A DNA stretch of 50,365 bases, from contig CALELH010000464.1 in NCBI GenBank assembly GCA_937902595.1, positions 1-50,365 of the forward strand. The letters are read 5' to 3'. The stretch comes from an uncultured Myxococcales bacterium. GTDB lineage: Bacteria; Myxococcota_A; Bradymonadia; UBA7976; UBA1532. Positions 8,620 to 18,201 of this stretch are shown here, one piece after another. Each line of letters opens with the position of its first letter. Positions within the stretch are counted from its first letter, which is position 1. The position numbers were made by a program, and so were the translations under genes. The notes under the pieces are model-generated. The model saw only the letters and a list, made by a program, of their open reading frames with translations, had not been told where the DNA came from and did no database searches.

Positions 8620-9450
8620 CTAGAACCCTCGCCAGGGGCGATCCAACGTAGGTCGCAACCAATTATCAGCGGGATAGTCTGCGGACCGCTCGATCATGTG
8701 CAGAGTGTAAGCGCAGCGCCGTCTCTGTGAACGATTGGCCGAGCTGAAGTGTGGCAAGCAGCCGTCGAAGACAACTAAAGTTCCAGCTGGAACCTCCAGC
8801 GGAATTGGATCGTCAACCTCGATTGGCGCAGAGTCCAAGGACACAAAATGAGTGTCTGCATCCTCGCCCCGAATGAAACGCCTCTTGAGCCCCTGCCTAT
8901 GGCCACCTGGCGCCACCCAGAGACATCCGTTCTCACGGTCTGCATCTTCTAACGCAAACCAAAAGCCTTTGACCGTGATGGGATCGGTATAAAGAAAACA
9001 AGCGTCTTGGTGCCAGTCGACTCGGCCACCCACCTTTGGGTTCTTAAAGATGAACATCGACTGAATGAGTACCGGGTCGACCAGACCAATCTTTCGGGAG
9101 ACCTCGCGAACTGAAGACGCTCTGGAGAATTCACTAAACACAGGATCTAGGTCATGGAGAGCGTGCCCGATCTTGTTGCACGCTTCGGAAGTCGACCCGA
9201 GCAGTCCTCCCTTGTCAACGGCCTCCTCCTCGAAGAACAACGAAATATCACGACCGGACTTCATGAAGTATTCGTCCGTCGCTCGCCGGTCCTCGGCCGT
9301 AGTAAACATACTGATAGGACCTTCTTGGGAGTGCGCCTCTGTGATCTCTAGCGCCCGGTCTATCAATGCCTGACACTGGCGACTGGAGACAAAGTCATCA
9401 AAGACGAGATACCCCTCCCGTTGGAACTTTTCGGACAAGATCCCGTCCAT
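8620..9450 (-). CDS. phytanoyl-CoA dioxygenase (PhyH) family Fe(II)/2-oxoglutarate oxygenase
   Basis: The H-x-D facial triad is in DWHQDACF, the distal His in CLPHFSSANRS, and an Arg cluster follows. REGYLVFDDF is a typical PhyH N-terminus. ATG at 9450 is preferred over the TTG at 9465. Confidence 0.75.
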   Translation of the reverse strand: MDGILSEKFQREGYLVFDDFVSSRQCQALIDRALEITEAHSQEGPISMFTTAEDRRATDEYFMKSGRDISLFFEEEAVDKGGLLGSTSEACNKIGHALHDLDPVFSEFSRASSVREVSRKIGLVDPVLIQSMFIFKNPKVGGRVDWHQDACFLYTDPITVKGFWFALEDADRENGCLWVAPGGHRQGLKRRFIRGEDADTHFVSLDSAPIEVDDPIPLEVPAGTLVVFDGCLPHFSSANRSQRRRCAYTLHMIERSADYPADNWLRPTLDRPWRGF

Positions 9451-9577
9451 GTTCAGCGTCTCCAATTCACAGATGTTCTCTGAGATACATCATCACCGAT
9501 TTCACGTTGGATTGAATAGCTGTTCAGTCTCCAGGACAAAAAAGCGCTACTCTGTTATCAACGACAGAGGAGGTGGC

Positions 9578-10756
9578 ATGAGTCACTCGGACGACAGAGA
9601 CCAAACGAATGTCCTGTCCGTCGGGCGCGATGGGGTGCTCGAATCCTCTAGTGACCTTACATCGAAACCGACCCTGAGTGTACGACCTGAAGAGCTCGCG
9701 CTCACCCGCACCGCCAGACGTCCGCTCATCTCCACATTAACAGGGCTTCCCCCCTTAGAGTCGAGCCCGAAGAGGCCCGACTCATGGACCGAAACGATGC
9801 TCGAAGCGCTTGAACCCCATGAGCATGACTTCCAAGAGTTCAAAGGCACAGGCTGGCTCCTGAAGGCTCCTGGAGAGGTGCAGCCGGACTTCATGTTCTT
9901 CCTGTCAAAGCAGGTCTCAGCGTTCGTAAACGGGTCCGGAGGGCTCGTGTTTATCGGCATCGATGACAAGGGGAAGATCGATGGTGGAGTCCCCATTCAG
10001 CTTAAGGGTGGCGGTACCCGGGCCTGGTTAGAGGATCTGGTGTCCGCGGCGGTCTCCCCGCCTCTGCCTCGCTGTAACGTCTTCGAGGTTAAGCCCAAGG
10101 AGAATGGGTCAAGCGCGATCCTTGACGGCCACGCAGTCTATGTCTTGGAGTTACCAGCAAGCCAGGATGCTCCCCATCAATCTAAGGATCACCGCTATTA
10201 CCTGCGCATCGCAGGCAAATCACGGCCTATGGGGCACGTGCACGTTCAGGATGTCTTGCGGCGTACATTCCATCCACAGGTTGAGCTGACCCGATTTGGG
10301 CCATACGGCGATGTAGAGCATGACCTGTCTGATCCCCGGGGACCCAAGGCCTTCATTCAGTTCCGTGTCTTCGTCACCAACCTGGGAAGAACCCTGGCGC
10401 GACACGTCGGGATTGAGCTGGTTGTTCCGCGACCATTCGCAGGCACGGAGGTCCGACGTCGAATGGAGGGGGCCAAAGAGACCCACTACACTCAATCACC
10501 GGGGCAGCTCTCGTATTTTAGGTACCACCCCACCCCGCTGTTTCCCACGCAATCGGTATATGGCCTCAGCGTCTGGGTCTGTATTCATGTCCGCAACGTG
10601 TCTCAAATTCAGGCCGGAACTCAGTTAGAGTGGACAGTCTACGCCGACGATGCGAACCCCCTAAAGGGCTCTCAAACCCTCAGTGATTTCCAAATTGTGC
10701 AACGCACCATCGATTGGGTCACCGGCCAAGAGTCTCCCAGAGACAAAGAAACATAG
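9578..10756 (+). CDS. AlbA_2 (Schlafen-like, divergent AAA) domain protein with an uncharacterised C-terminal domain
   Basis: HEHDFQEFKGTG ... VSAFVNGSGGLVFIGIDDKGKIDG ... HRYYLRIAGKSRPM matches the AlbA_2 layout (E..E.K, then A.aN..GG.l.iGv.d.G.i.G, then .y.R.gs.t...). ATG at 9578 is preceded by GAGGAGG at 9567-9573. The track start at 9449 would overlap the PhyH start. Confidence 0.6.
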   Translation: MSHSDDRDQTNVLSVGRDGVLESSSDLTSKPTLSVRPEELALTRTARRPLISTLTGLPPLESSPKRPDSWTETMLEALEPHEHDFQEFKGTGWLLKAPGEVQPDFMFFLSKQVSAFVNGSGGLVFIGIDDKGKIDGGVPIQLKGGGTRAWLEDLVSAAVSPPLPRCNVFEVKPKENGSSAILDGHAVYVLELPASQDAPHQSKDHRYYLRIAGKSRPMGHVHVQDVLRRTFHPQVELTRFGPYGDVEHDLSDPRGPKAFIQFRVFVTNLGRTLARHVGIELVVPRPFAGTEVRRRMEGAKETHYTQSPGQLSYFRYHPTPLFPTQSVYGLSVWVCIHVRNVSQIQAGTQLEWTVYADDANPLKGSQTLSDFQIVQRTIDWVTGQESPRDKET

Positions 10757-10828
10757 AGTCCCGCTTGCCGCAGACTGCGACCATCGGTAGGATGCCGACC
10801 TTCTGAACTCCCTCAAAGGGCAGCAGCT

Positions 10829-12379
10829 ATGGCCGACGATCTCATGCAGAAAGTGATCTCCCTGTGTAAGCGGAGAGGCTTCGTTTTCCAATCTTCCGAA
10901 ATCTACGGTGGTCTCAAGAGCGCCTATGACTACGGCCCACTCGGCGCCGAGCTAAAGCGAAACGTGATCAACACCTGGTGGCGGGATATGGTCCATAGCC
11001 GCGAGGACGTTGTCGGACTGGATGCATCTATCATCATGCATCCAAAGGTGTGGCAGGCCTCCGGTCACCTCTCTGGTTTCAGCGATCCTCTGGTCGACTG
11101 TAAGGTCTGTAAAGAGCGGTTTCGTGCGGACAAGGCGCCTGTCGTTGAGCCCGGCCAAGAGGTGGTGATCGAGCTGGCTGATAAGGGCCGCGCGAAGGTC
11201 GCTCTGCAATACATTAACGAGCAGTTTGGCGTTGAGCTTCAGCGTGATGGCCGCAAGCTCAATGGTGCAACCGCTGGTGATCGGCCTTATGTCTGTCCTA
11301 ACTGTGGCTCACCTTTCATGAGCGACGAGCGGAACTTTAACCTGATGTTCCGCAGCTTCTATGGCCCCGTCGACCCGATGGGTGCGCTCGCAAACGCCAT
11401 CGAGGGTGGAGAGTTTGATGGCCTAAAGGGAGGCGATCTACGCTCAAAGCTGGACTCGTACACAGCTGACAGCACGGTTTATCTACGCCCGGAGACGGCC
11501 CAAGCCATGTTCGTTCAATACGCGAACATTCAGCAGTCTATGTCCATGAAGATTCCATTCGGAATCGCACAAACAGGTAAGTCCTTTCGGAATGAGATTA
11601 CCGTCGAGCACTTTATCTTCCGTTCATGCGAATTCGAGCAGATGGAGATGGAGTTTTTCTGTGAGCCAGGCACCGAAGATGAGTGGTTCGAATACTGGAA
11701 GACATTCCGAACCAATTGGTGGCGTAAGTTCGCTAATCATCCGGAGAAGTTCCGTGCACGAGCTCACGAGGCGAGCGAGTTGGCCCACTACGCAAAGGGT
11801 TGCTACGACGTAGAGTACGAGTTCCCATGGGGATGGGATGAGCTTGAGGGCGTCGCCAACCGCACAGATTACGACCTAAAGAAGCACGCGGAGCACAGCG
11901 GAACGAAGATCGAATACTTCGACCCAGTGGAGCGAAAGCGATACACCCCTTACGTCATCGAGCCCGCCGCAGGCGCGACCCGCGGCGTGTTGACGTACCT
12001 GTGTGATGCCTACACGGAAGAAGAGATCGAAGGCCCAAAGGGTAAAGACACTCGCGTCGTCATGCGCTTTCATCCGCAGCTCGCGCCAATCAAGGTCGGT
12101 GTATTTCCACTCGTAAAGAAGAACGGGATGCCCGAAAAAGCACGTGAGGTCGTCGAGGCGTTGCTCTCCAGGGGAATCAACGCAAGCTACGACGCCCAAC
12201 ACGCTATCGGTAAGCGCTACCGACGTCACGATGAGATCGGCACACCATGGTGTCTCACCATCGATGGAGAGACGATGGAGAACGGTACGATCACTGTGCG
12301 CGACCGCGACACGATGGCTCAGCGACGAATCTCTGTCGAAGACGCTGTATCGGAGATCGAATCCCTCCTTCGAGCCTGA
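10829..12379 (+). CDS. glyQS: glycine--tRNA ligase (dimeric class II type)
   Basis: The N-terminus MADDLMQKVISLCKRRGFVFQSSEIYGGLKSAYDYGPLGAELKRNVINTWW is the canonical GlyQS opening. Also present are RPETAQAMF, GIAQTGKSFRNEI, class II motif 3 VIEPAAGATRGVL and a C-terminal anticodon-binding domain. Confidence 0.95.
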   Translation: MADDLMQKVISLCKRRGFVFQSSEIYGGLKSAYDYGPLGAELKRNVINTWWRDMVHSREDVVGLDASIIMHPKVWQASGHLSGFSDPLVDCKVCKERFRADKAPVVEPGQEVVIELADKGRAKVALQYINEQFGVELQRDGRKLNGATAGDRPYVCPNCGSPFMSDERNFNLMFRSFYGPVDPMGALANAIEGGEFDGLKGGDLRSKLDSYTADSTVYLRPETAQAMFVQYANIQQSMSMKIPFGIAQTGKSFRNEITVEHFIFRSCEFEQMEMEFFCEPGTEDEWFEYWKTFRTNWWRKFANHPEKFRARAHEASELAHYAKGCYDVEYEFPWGWDELEGVANRTDYDLKKHAEHSGTKIEYFDPVERKRYTPYVIEPAAGATRGVLTYLCDAYTEEEIEGPKGKDTRVVMRFHPQLAPIKVGVFPLVKKNGMPEKAREVVEALLSRGINASYDAQHAIGKRYRRHDEIGTPWCLTIDGETMENGTITVRDRDTMAQRRISVEDAVSEIESLLRA

Positions 12380-12600
12380 GGGAAGCCAAGCCCCGATAAA
12401 AAAAAGTGAACCTCTCGGGGATTCTCTGTCATCATATACCTGATAGTGGTCGCGCTCATTCGTCGTCGAAAGACACGAGCAATGCCGCCGACCACGACTG
12501 GCACGCCCACGCCGACGTCAATCAACGTTCGGGTGGGACGTGCAACTCTTTCCTAGTTTGCGGTTTCTTAAGTATGAAGATGTGAGTAGCCGGAGACGTT

Positions 12601-13740
12601 ATGTTTCGTTCAGGTTGGACTGTGTCTGAGTTTAGAGGGATACCCATTCGGGTTCATCCATCCTTGCTCTTTGTGCTGCCCATCATGGCCATCGCGATAT
12701 CTGGGCAACAGCTAACCGCGCGCTTTGTAGGCCTCGGTGTCCCAGCGGGAGAGATTCTTGTTCCACCGATGGTCTATGGGATTGGATTATCGGTCTCGCT
12801 CTTCGGGGCCATCCTATTGCACGAGATCGGCCACGCAGCCACGGCGCTGAGGTTCGGTATGCCTGTCCGCGCGATTACGCTGATGATCTTGGGCGGCATG
12901 ACTGAGATCGATCAAGACGAGGCGACCCCAAAGGAGACCTTTCTCGTGGCCGCAGCAGGGCCCGCGGTCAACCTTGTTCTAGGTGTGCTCTGCATTCTTG
13001 GTGCTCGGGTGCTACCAGGCGCCTGGACAGATGTGATGATTTTCCTCGTCCTGTTCGGGGGCCTCAACATCTTAATCGCTGTCTTCAATCTGATCCCCTC
13101 CATGCCTCTAGATGGTGGCCGAATGCTCAAATCCGTCCTCAGCTTTCGCTTGGACGTTAGCAGAGCGGCCCAAATCACGGGCACGATCGGTCGGTCTCTC
13201 GCTTTGATCGGAGGACTGTATGGACTCATGTACGGTGAGTTCATGATCGTTCTCTTGTGCGTATTCCTATATTTCGGCGCTGGAGCCGACCAAATAAACA
13301 CTTCGATTCAAGAAGCTCTGGAGGGACTCGAAGCGCAGCAAGCGATGACCATTCAGGTCGTCTCAATTCCTCCTCACTCTTCGATTCCTTCCGTGGCACG
13401 GCACATGTTGATTCGCGACGCCCAAGTCGCACTCGTACGCGATGTGCACACGACCTATGGAGTAATCCTCGCGCAGCGCCTAAATCGGTCTAGGGCAGAG
13501 ACAGCCGCGGATCTTGTGGAGGGTGAACCATTGTTCGCTTGGGCCGATGACCCACTGCCAGAGGTGGTCCGCACCATGCGATGGCATGACAAACCAGTCA
13601 TCGTCAAAGACCGCTACAACACGCCCATTGGCGTTGTGACTCACGATGATGTGATTCGGGCAGCTCGACTCAGGATACTCGCTGATCGCGGACTGCCAGA
13701 CCAGGTCAGCTCAACAGAGTCACGAAAGAATGAAGCCTGA
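12601..13740 (+). CDS. M50 site-2 protease family metalloprotease with a C-terminal CBS pair
   Basis: HExxH in LLHEIGHAATA, the second metal-ligand motif NLIPSMPLDGGRM, and multiple TM helices. The C-terminal half has two CBS-like units (..VVSIPPHSSIPSV.. and ..KPVIVKDRYNTPIGVVTHDDVIR). Confidence 0.85.
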   Translation: MFRSGWTVSEFRGIPIRVHPSLLFVLPIMAIAISGQQLTARFVGLGVPAGEILVPPMVYGIGLSVSLFGAILLHEIGHAATALRFGMPVRAITLMILGGMTEIDQDEATPKETFLVAAAGPAVNLVLGVLCILGARVLPGAWTDVMIFLVLFGGLNILIAVFNLIPSMPLDGGRMLKSVLSFRLDVSRAAQITGTIGRSLALIGGLYGLMYGEFMIVLLCVFLYFGAGADQINTSIQEALEGLEAQQAMTIQVVSIPPHSSIPSVARHMLIRDAQVALVRDVHTTYGVILAQRLNRSRAETAADLVEGEPLFAWADDPLPEVVRTMRWHDKPVIVKDRYNTPIGVVTHDDVIRAARLRILADRGLPDQVSSTESRKNEA

Positions 13741-13741
13741 A

Positions 13742-15550
13742 CTAAGACCGCTTCAGTCTCGCATCGAAGTCAGCCTTATCCACCGCACGACGCCTCGCGC
13801 TCGCCTCGTCTACTCGGCCCGCTCTGACCAATTGTGTGAGCTCTGCGTTGAGTAACTGATTACCAGCGCGCCGGTTCGTCTCCATATGACTACGGAGTTG
13901 GTTCGTCTTCATCTCTCGGATCAAGTTGGACACAGCATAGTCACCAACTAAGACTTCAAATGCGCCGACACGACCCCCTCCCTTGAGCGGTAGTAATGTC
14001 TGGGATATGCATCCCTTGAAGACAGAGGCGAGGGTCTGGCGTGCCTGCTGCTGCTGCTCCGAAGCGAAGAGACCAATAATTCGGTCGATGGAGTCCATGG
14101 CCGTTGAGGTGTGCAGAGTCGCGAGGACTAAGTGACCAGTTTGGGCCGTCTCAAGGGCGAGCGAGACCGTCTCAAGATCACGCATCTCACCCACCAAGAC
14201 AACGTCGGGATCCTCTCTCAAGGCGGCGCGAAGCGCGCTACTGAAAGACAAAGTGTGGGAACCGACCTCACGCTGGTTGATTAAGCACCGTTGGCTACGA
14301 TGAACAAACTCTATGGGATCTTCGAGGGTGATGATGTGCTCATCCCGAGATGTGTTGATGTGATCGACCATAGCCGCCAGGGTCGTCGACTTTCCGCTCC
14401 CCGTTGGGCCTGTCACCAAGATGAGGCCGTTAGGTAGACCGCAAAATTGAGTCGTGACCTTGGGCAACGCCAATTGAGACAGAGATCGGATGTGATTTGG
14501 GATATGTCTAAAGACCGCTCCGACACCATGAATGTCGCGAAATACATTCACCCGAAAACGGCCCGTCTCAGAGAGTGGGTACGCAAAGTCCGTATCACTC
14601 GTCGCCTCAAACTGTTCACGACGATTGGGAGGCATGATCTCTTGAACGAGATTGAGAACCGATGATTTCTGCATCACGCCGAGCCTCTTGAGTGGCACGA
14701 GGTGTCCATCAACCCGCCAACGCGGCGCCTGCCCGGCGCATAAGTGTAGGTCCGAAGCGCCTTCGGCCATCATCTGCTTTAACAAAGGATCAAGCTCGAA
14801 AGTGCCCCCATCTCCGGAGCTCTCCAAGATGGAGATCACGCCGGTTCCATGGGCACGCATCAATTGGTCGTAGGTCTCCAAAGAGATCCCCATGGGCCGC
14901 ACGACAAGGCCTGTCACCTGTCGTTGAATCAGATTCAGCACGGTCTCTGTCGGCGCATCGACAAAACCGACGCGCAGACTACTCCCCTCTATCTCTAAGG
15001 GGACCACGCGGTGTCGAATCTGAAATTCAGCCGGTAAGAGGCGTAGAATGTCGTCAGCGATGGCGTCTATGGATCCTAGGAACGGTAAAACGTCCGCGAG
15101 CTGGCTCGCGTTCTTGAGGCGCCGGGCGAGCGTTCGGCACATCACGAGGCCAAAATAAGGCAGCTTGTGGAGCATGCGAGCAAACTGAGCGCCGGAAAAC
15201 TTCATCGCCTTGACGTGTGAACTTGTGGCGAGCACGCTCGCTGAGCGCGCGGACTCAAGAAGGACCCCCATCTCACCCACAGACTCGGCTGGCCCAAGCT
15301 GACCGAGGTCTACTACGCTTCCGTCAGCTGAGTTTTCAATATGGATAACCGCGGTGCCCTCCATAAAAATGAAGAAGGCATCGGAGGCCTCGCCCTGCCG
15401 GGCGATGTGTTCACCCCCGGAAAACTCTACAAGAGCGCCATGATGAGCCACCTCTTCAATCTGAGATGGTTCAAGACCATCGAACAACGCTGTCCGACTC
15501 AAGGTCTCGCGGACAAGGACCAGATGTTTTGCTACGTCAAGCTCATGCAT
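13742..15550 (-). CDS. PilT-family type IV pilus retraction-type ATPase fused to N-terminal cNMP-binding and T2SSE_N domains
   Basis: Walker A is VTGPTGSGKSTT, Walker B is DPDVVLVGEMRDLETV and the His box is TGHLVLATLHT. The PilT signature is AVSNLIREMK. The N-terminal roughly 135 aa look like a CAP/cNMP fold (FDGLEPSQIEEVA...GESVGEMGVL...ARSASV). Residues around 165-235 (LLPAEFQIRHRVVPLEIEGSSLRVGFVDAPTETVLNLI) match T2SSE_N. Confidence 0.85.
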   Translation of the reverse strand: MHELDVAKHLVLVRETLSRTALFDGLEPSQIEEVAHHGALVEFSGGEHIARQGEASDAFFIFMEGTAVIHIENSADGSVVDLGQLGPAESVGEMGVLLESARSASVLATSSHVKAMKFSGAQFARMLHKLPYFGLVMCRTLARRLKNASQLADVLPFLGSIDAIADDILRLLPAEFQIRHRVVPLEIEGSSLRVGFVDAPTETVLNLIQRQVTGLVVRPMGISLETYDQLMRAHGTGVISILESSGDGGTFELDPLLKQMMAEGASDLHLCAGQAPRWRVDGHLVPLKRLGVMQKSSVLNLVQEIMPPNRREQFEATSDTDFAYPLSETGRFRVNVFRDIHGVGAVFRHIPNHIRSLSQLALPKVTTQFCGLPNGLILVTGPTGSGKSTTLAAMVDHINTSRDEHIITLEDPIEFVHRSQRCLINQREVGSHTLSFSSALRAALREDPDVVLVGEMRDLETVSLALETAQTGHLVLATLHTSTAMDSIDRIIGLFASEQQQQARQTLASVFKGCISQTLLPLKGGGRVGAFEVLVGDYAVSNLIREMKTNQLRSHMETNRRAGNQLLNAELTQLVRAGRVDEASARRRAVDKADFDARLKRS

Positions 15551-15746
15551 GCTCAGCGACCCCTCGTAACTGCGACAAACGATGGCATGTCACAGAGCGG
15601 ATGGTCAAACTATGTTCGGTCACTTTTACCTAAGCTCCAGACCAATCAATGAGACAGATCGACGCCTCCGATGAGGCGCATCAGAGTGGACTTTTTGTAG
15701 TCCTATTAGTTAGGGTGCGGCCCACGCAGCTTTGGAGTCCGTGCGC

Positions 15747-16223
15747 ATGACTGAACACATTGATACCGAGGGAAAGCCTCGCATGTTCCTTAAGATGGGT
15801 GGGGTCCTCTTCGCATCCATCTTTCTCTTCGTCCTGCTCTTCATATGGATCGTCAATGGACCTATGCTCTACGCCATCGAGGTGATCGACGCCCAAGCGG
15901 AGGTCTCGGCGCCCATCCCTGACCCCAAGAAACCCGAATACCGACAGTTCTCTGTGAATTATCACGACTGCAGAGCCACGACGGAGACGATCGCCCTAGG
16001 ACCGCAGACCTTGGACGCCAAAGCACCGACACGTTTGATTGAGATCCGATCGTGCTTGGAGAAGTTAAAGCCAGGCCAAAACGTGAGCGTCAAAATCGAG
16101 GCCCGTCGTCAGCGGATCACCGGAAAGAAGACTTGGAGGCTCATGGAGATCGGATCCTGCGCCTTTCCACATCTACCGTCACGGATCAGTGCGTCCTCCC
16201 ACGGACCATGTCCCTGGATGTAA
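15747..16223 (+). CDS. hypothetical single-pass membrane protein
   Basis: The ATG at 15747 gives MTEHIDTEGKPRMFLKMGGVLFASIFLFVLLFIWIV, one TM helix. I recognise no family. Confidence 0.5.
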   Translation: MTEHIDTEGKPRMFLKMGGVLFASIFLFVLLFIWIVNGPMLYAIEVIDAQAEVSAPIPDPKKPEYRQFSVNYHDCRATTETIALGPQTLDAKAPTRLIEIRSCLEKLKPGQNVSVKIEARRQRITGKKTWRLMEIGSCAFPHLPSRISASSHGPCPWM

Positions 16224-16247
16224 CGGTACCAAACAGCGCCGGGTTTC

Positions 16248-17972
16248 TTACCATGCTGGCGGGGTGTAGCCTGCATCGGAAGACCGAGTAGGTTTCGAAT
16301 TTTTGGGGCGGGTTGGCGACCGCTTTTGCGGTCGGTTCGGACGCACTACCTCCTTCAAGAGACGCTCATCTACAGCGGTTCTTCCCACAGAGATGACCGC
16401 CGCAGCGCTCTTGTAACCGCGTCGCTCAAAGCGGACATGTATCGGATAATCCTCGACCTTAAATCGATGATCAAAGGGTGTCGTACCCAACACTCGGTTA
16501 CGCCATAGCACCTGGCTCCCATTGGGCGAAGATGAGAAATGCACACTCGTTGGCGCGCCCTCAAGCTTCGGCTTATCTGTGCCCGCGTCCACAGACTTCG
16601 GCGGACGGGCGCTCGGCTGCTGAGGGATCTTCTGGACCTGCACCGGCGCGACCTGGGAGGGAGAGGGAGACGCTGCCGACCGCCGTTTTGGGGGCTCTCT
16701 GTCGGGCTGAGCGAGGCTCCACAATAGGATCGCGGTGGTCATAGCCAAAGCAGCCACGATCCATATCGCTCGGGTCCCCTTCGCGGTAGGCGCCTCCAGG
16801 CCTAGAGCCGTCTCAGGCGAGCGGATTTCACCCGCCGCAGGAAACATATTCGAGTTCGCCTGCTCGGTGCTTGAGTCGTTCGCTGCGATGGTCGGGCTGG
16901 TCGCGAAACCTCCGCTCGAGTGATACTCAACAACCCGAGACCCAAAGGCCCAATCCGAATCAATGGTCGGTAATCCGTGATCCGCTGCAGACGCGCGAGA
17001 GTCCGCTAAAGCGCTGAAGGCCTCAGCGACCGACAGAGTGCTCGCCGGCCTCTGATTCGGGTCCTTATTTGCGAGCGCCGCATAGAGCGTCGTCAAGCCT
17101 TCAGAGCGCGGAAGCCCATTAATGAGAACCCCAGGGAGGGGTGGAAGGGGCTCCTGCACCTGGGACATCAGGATCGCGAGAGGCTGCTCAGAGGTAAAGG
17201 GTGGGCTCCCAACGAGCAGCTCATGAAGAATGCAGCTGAGCGAATACAGATCGCTTCGATAGTCGACGGGTCGCCCCATCGCCTGCTCAGGACTCATATA
17301 GTGTGGGGTCCCCAACGGTACCCCTGTTCTGGTGAGCTTCTCGGTCGGCGTCTCTTCTTGATTCTGAATGCTCGCGATACCGAAATCGAGCACCTTAACG
17401 TGCTCGGTGCCATCGCTCATACTGCGAACATAGATATTGTCCGGTTTAAGATCTCGGTGAATCACCCCTCGCTCGTGGGCCTCCACCAGCGCATGGGTCA
17501 CACCACCAAGTATCTGAGATGCGCGCCGCTCCGTGAGTGCGCCGTCTTGGCTGAGCAATACGTTGAGTGGGCGGCCCTCAAGGAGCTCCATCGCGATGAA
17601 CGGGATTCCGGTCTCATCATCGAGTCCAAAATCATAAATCTTGACGATATTCGGATGCTCCAAAGTCGCGGCGGCCCGTGCTTCGCGATGAAAAAGCTTC
17701 AGCATCTTCGGGTCTGCCTGAAAGTCGGCGTTTAGGGTCTTGAGCGCCACCATTCGGCCGATGCTGGTCTGATTCGCTCGATAGACATAGCCCATGCCAC
17801 CACGACCGATGAGCTCCTCGATACGATAGCGACCCGCCAGAATGATTCCAGGAGAGAGAGTGTCTCGACTCACCGCCAGAGCCTCAGCGGAGATGGTGTT
17901 CACCTCATCGGTCGGACAGACCAACTCCTCCATCCACAGACCACAAATAGGGCAGTAACGCGTCTCGTTCAT
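16248..17972 (-). CDS. Ser/Thr protein kinase with N-terminal zinc ribbon, TM segment and C-terminal PEGA-like domain
   Basis: Hanks motifs are GRGGMGYVY, VALK, HRDLKPDNI, DFG and SPEQ. The N-terminal YCPICG...VCP is a zinc ribbon, followed by a Pro-rich linker. The C-terminal SSSPNGSQVLWRNRVLGTTPF...RRGYKS is PEGA-like. ATG at 17972 is preferred; the track start at 18014 is a GTG. Confidence 0.9.
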   Translation of the reverse strand: MNETRYCPICGLWMEELVCPTDEVNTISAEALAVSRDTLSPGIILAGRYRIEELIGRGGMGYVYRANQTSIGRMVALKTLNADFQADPKMLKLFHREARAAATLEHPNIVKIYDFGLDDETGIPFIAMELLEGRPLNVLLSQDGALTERRASQILGGVTHALVEAHERGVIHRDLKPDNIYVRSMSDGTEHVKVLDFGIASIQNQEETPTEKLTRTGVPLGTPHYMSPEQAMGRPVDYRSDLYSLSCILHELLVGSPPFTSEQPLAILMSQVQEPLPPLPGVLINGLPRSEGLTTLYAALANKDPNQRPASTLSVAEAFSALADSRASAADHGLPTIDSDWAFGSRVVEYHSSGGFATSPTIAANDSSTEQANSNMFPAAGEIRSPETALGLEAPTAKGTRAIWIVAALAMTTAILLWSLAQPDREPPKRRSAASPSPSQVAPVQVQKIPQQPSARPPKSVDAGTDKPKLEGAPTSVHFSSSPNGSQVLWRNRVLGTTPFDHRFKVEDYPIHVRFERRGYKSAAAVISVGRTAVDERLLKEVVRPNRPQKRSPTRPKNSKPTRSSDAGYTPPAW

Positions 17973-18201
17973 GTACACCGACGACTCTTGTTCATCATGA
18001 CTATAGTCCAACACCGATCACATGCACATTATCTGATCTCATCAGCACGTCGATGGATCTGACGCCAAGGCTCCAAGGATATTTACGCTGTATCATCCAG
18101 AGTGCATCGCACACCCTGGTCCCAGCGTCGCGATTCAGCTCACTGGACATGTCGTGAGGGATCTGTAACAAGCGGTGCGACTCGTATTTAGGTGAGACCC
18201 A

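Noticed and set aside
12380-12600. Possible terminator after glyQS (ccccga...tcgggg at about 12393-12422) and the 68-aa antisense ORF 12319..12525
   Set aside because: The stem is only 6 bp with an 18-nt A-rich loop and no trailing T-tract. The ORF overlaps the glyQS 3' end and has no supporting features.
15651-15700. Two short hairpins (cgcctc-cgat-gaggcg, and ggact-ttttgt-agtcc) in the divergent region between the PilT-like gene and the membrane-protein gene
   Set aside because: The stems are only 5-6 bp, and no gene upstream in either orientation could be terminated by them. They could easily arise by chance or be part of a 5' UTR.
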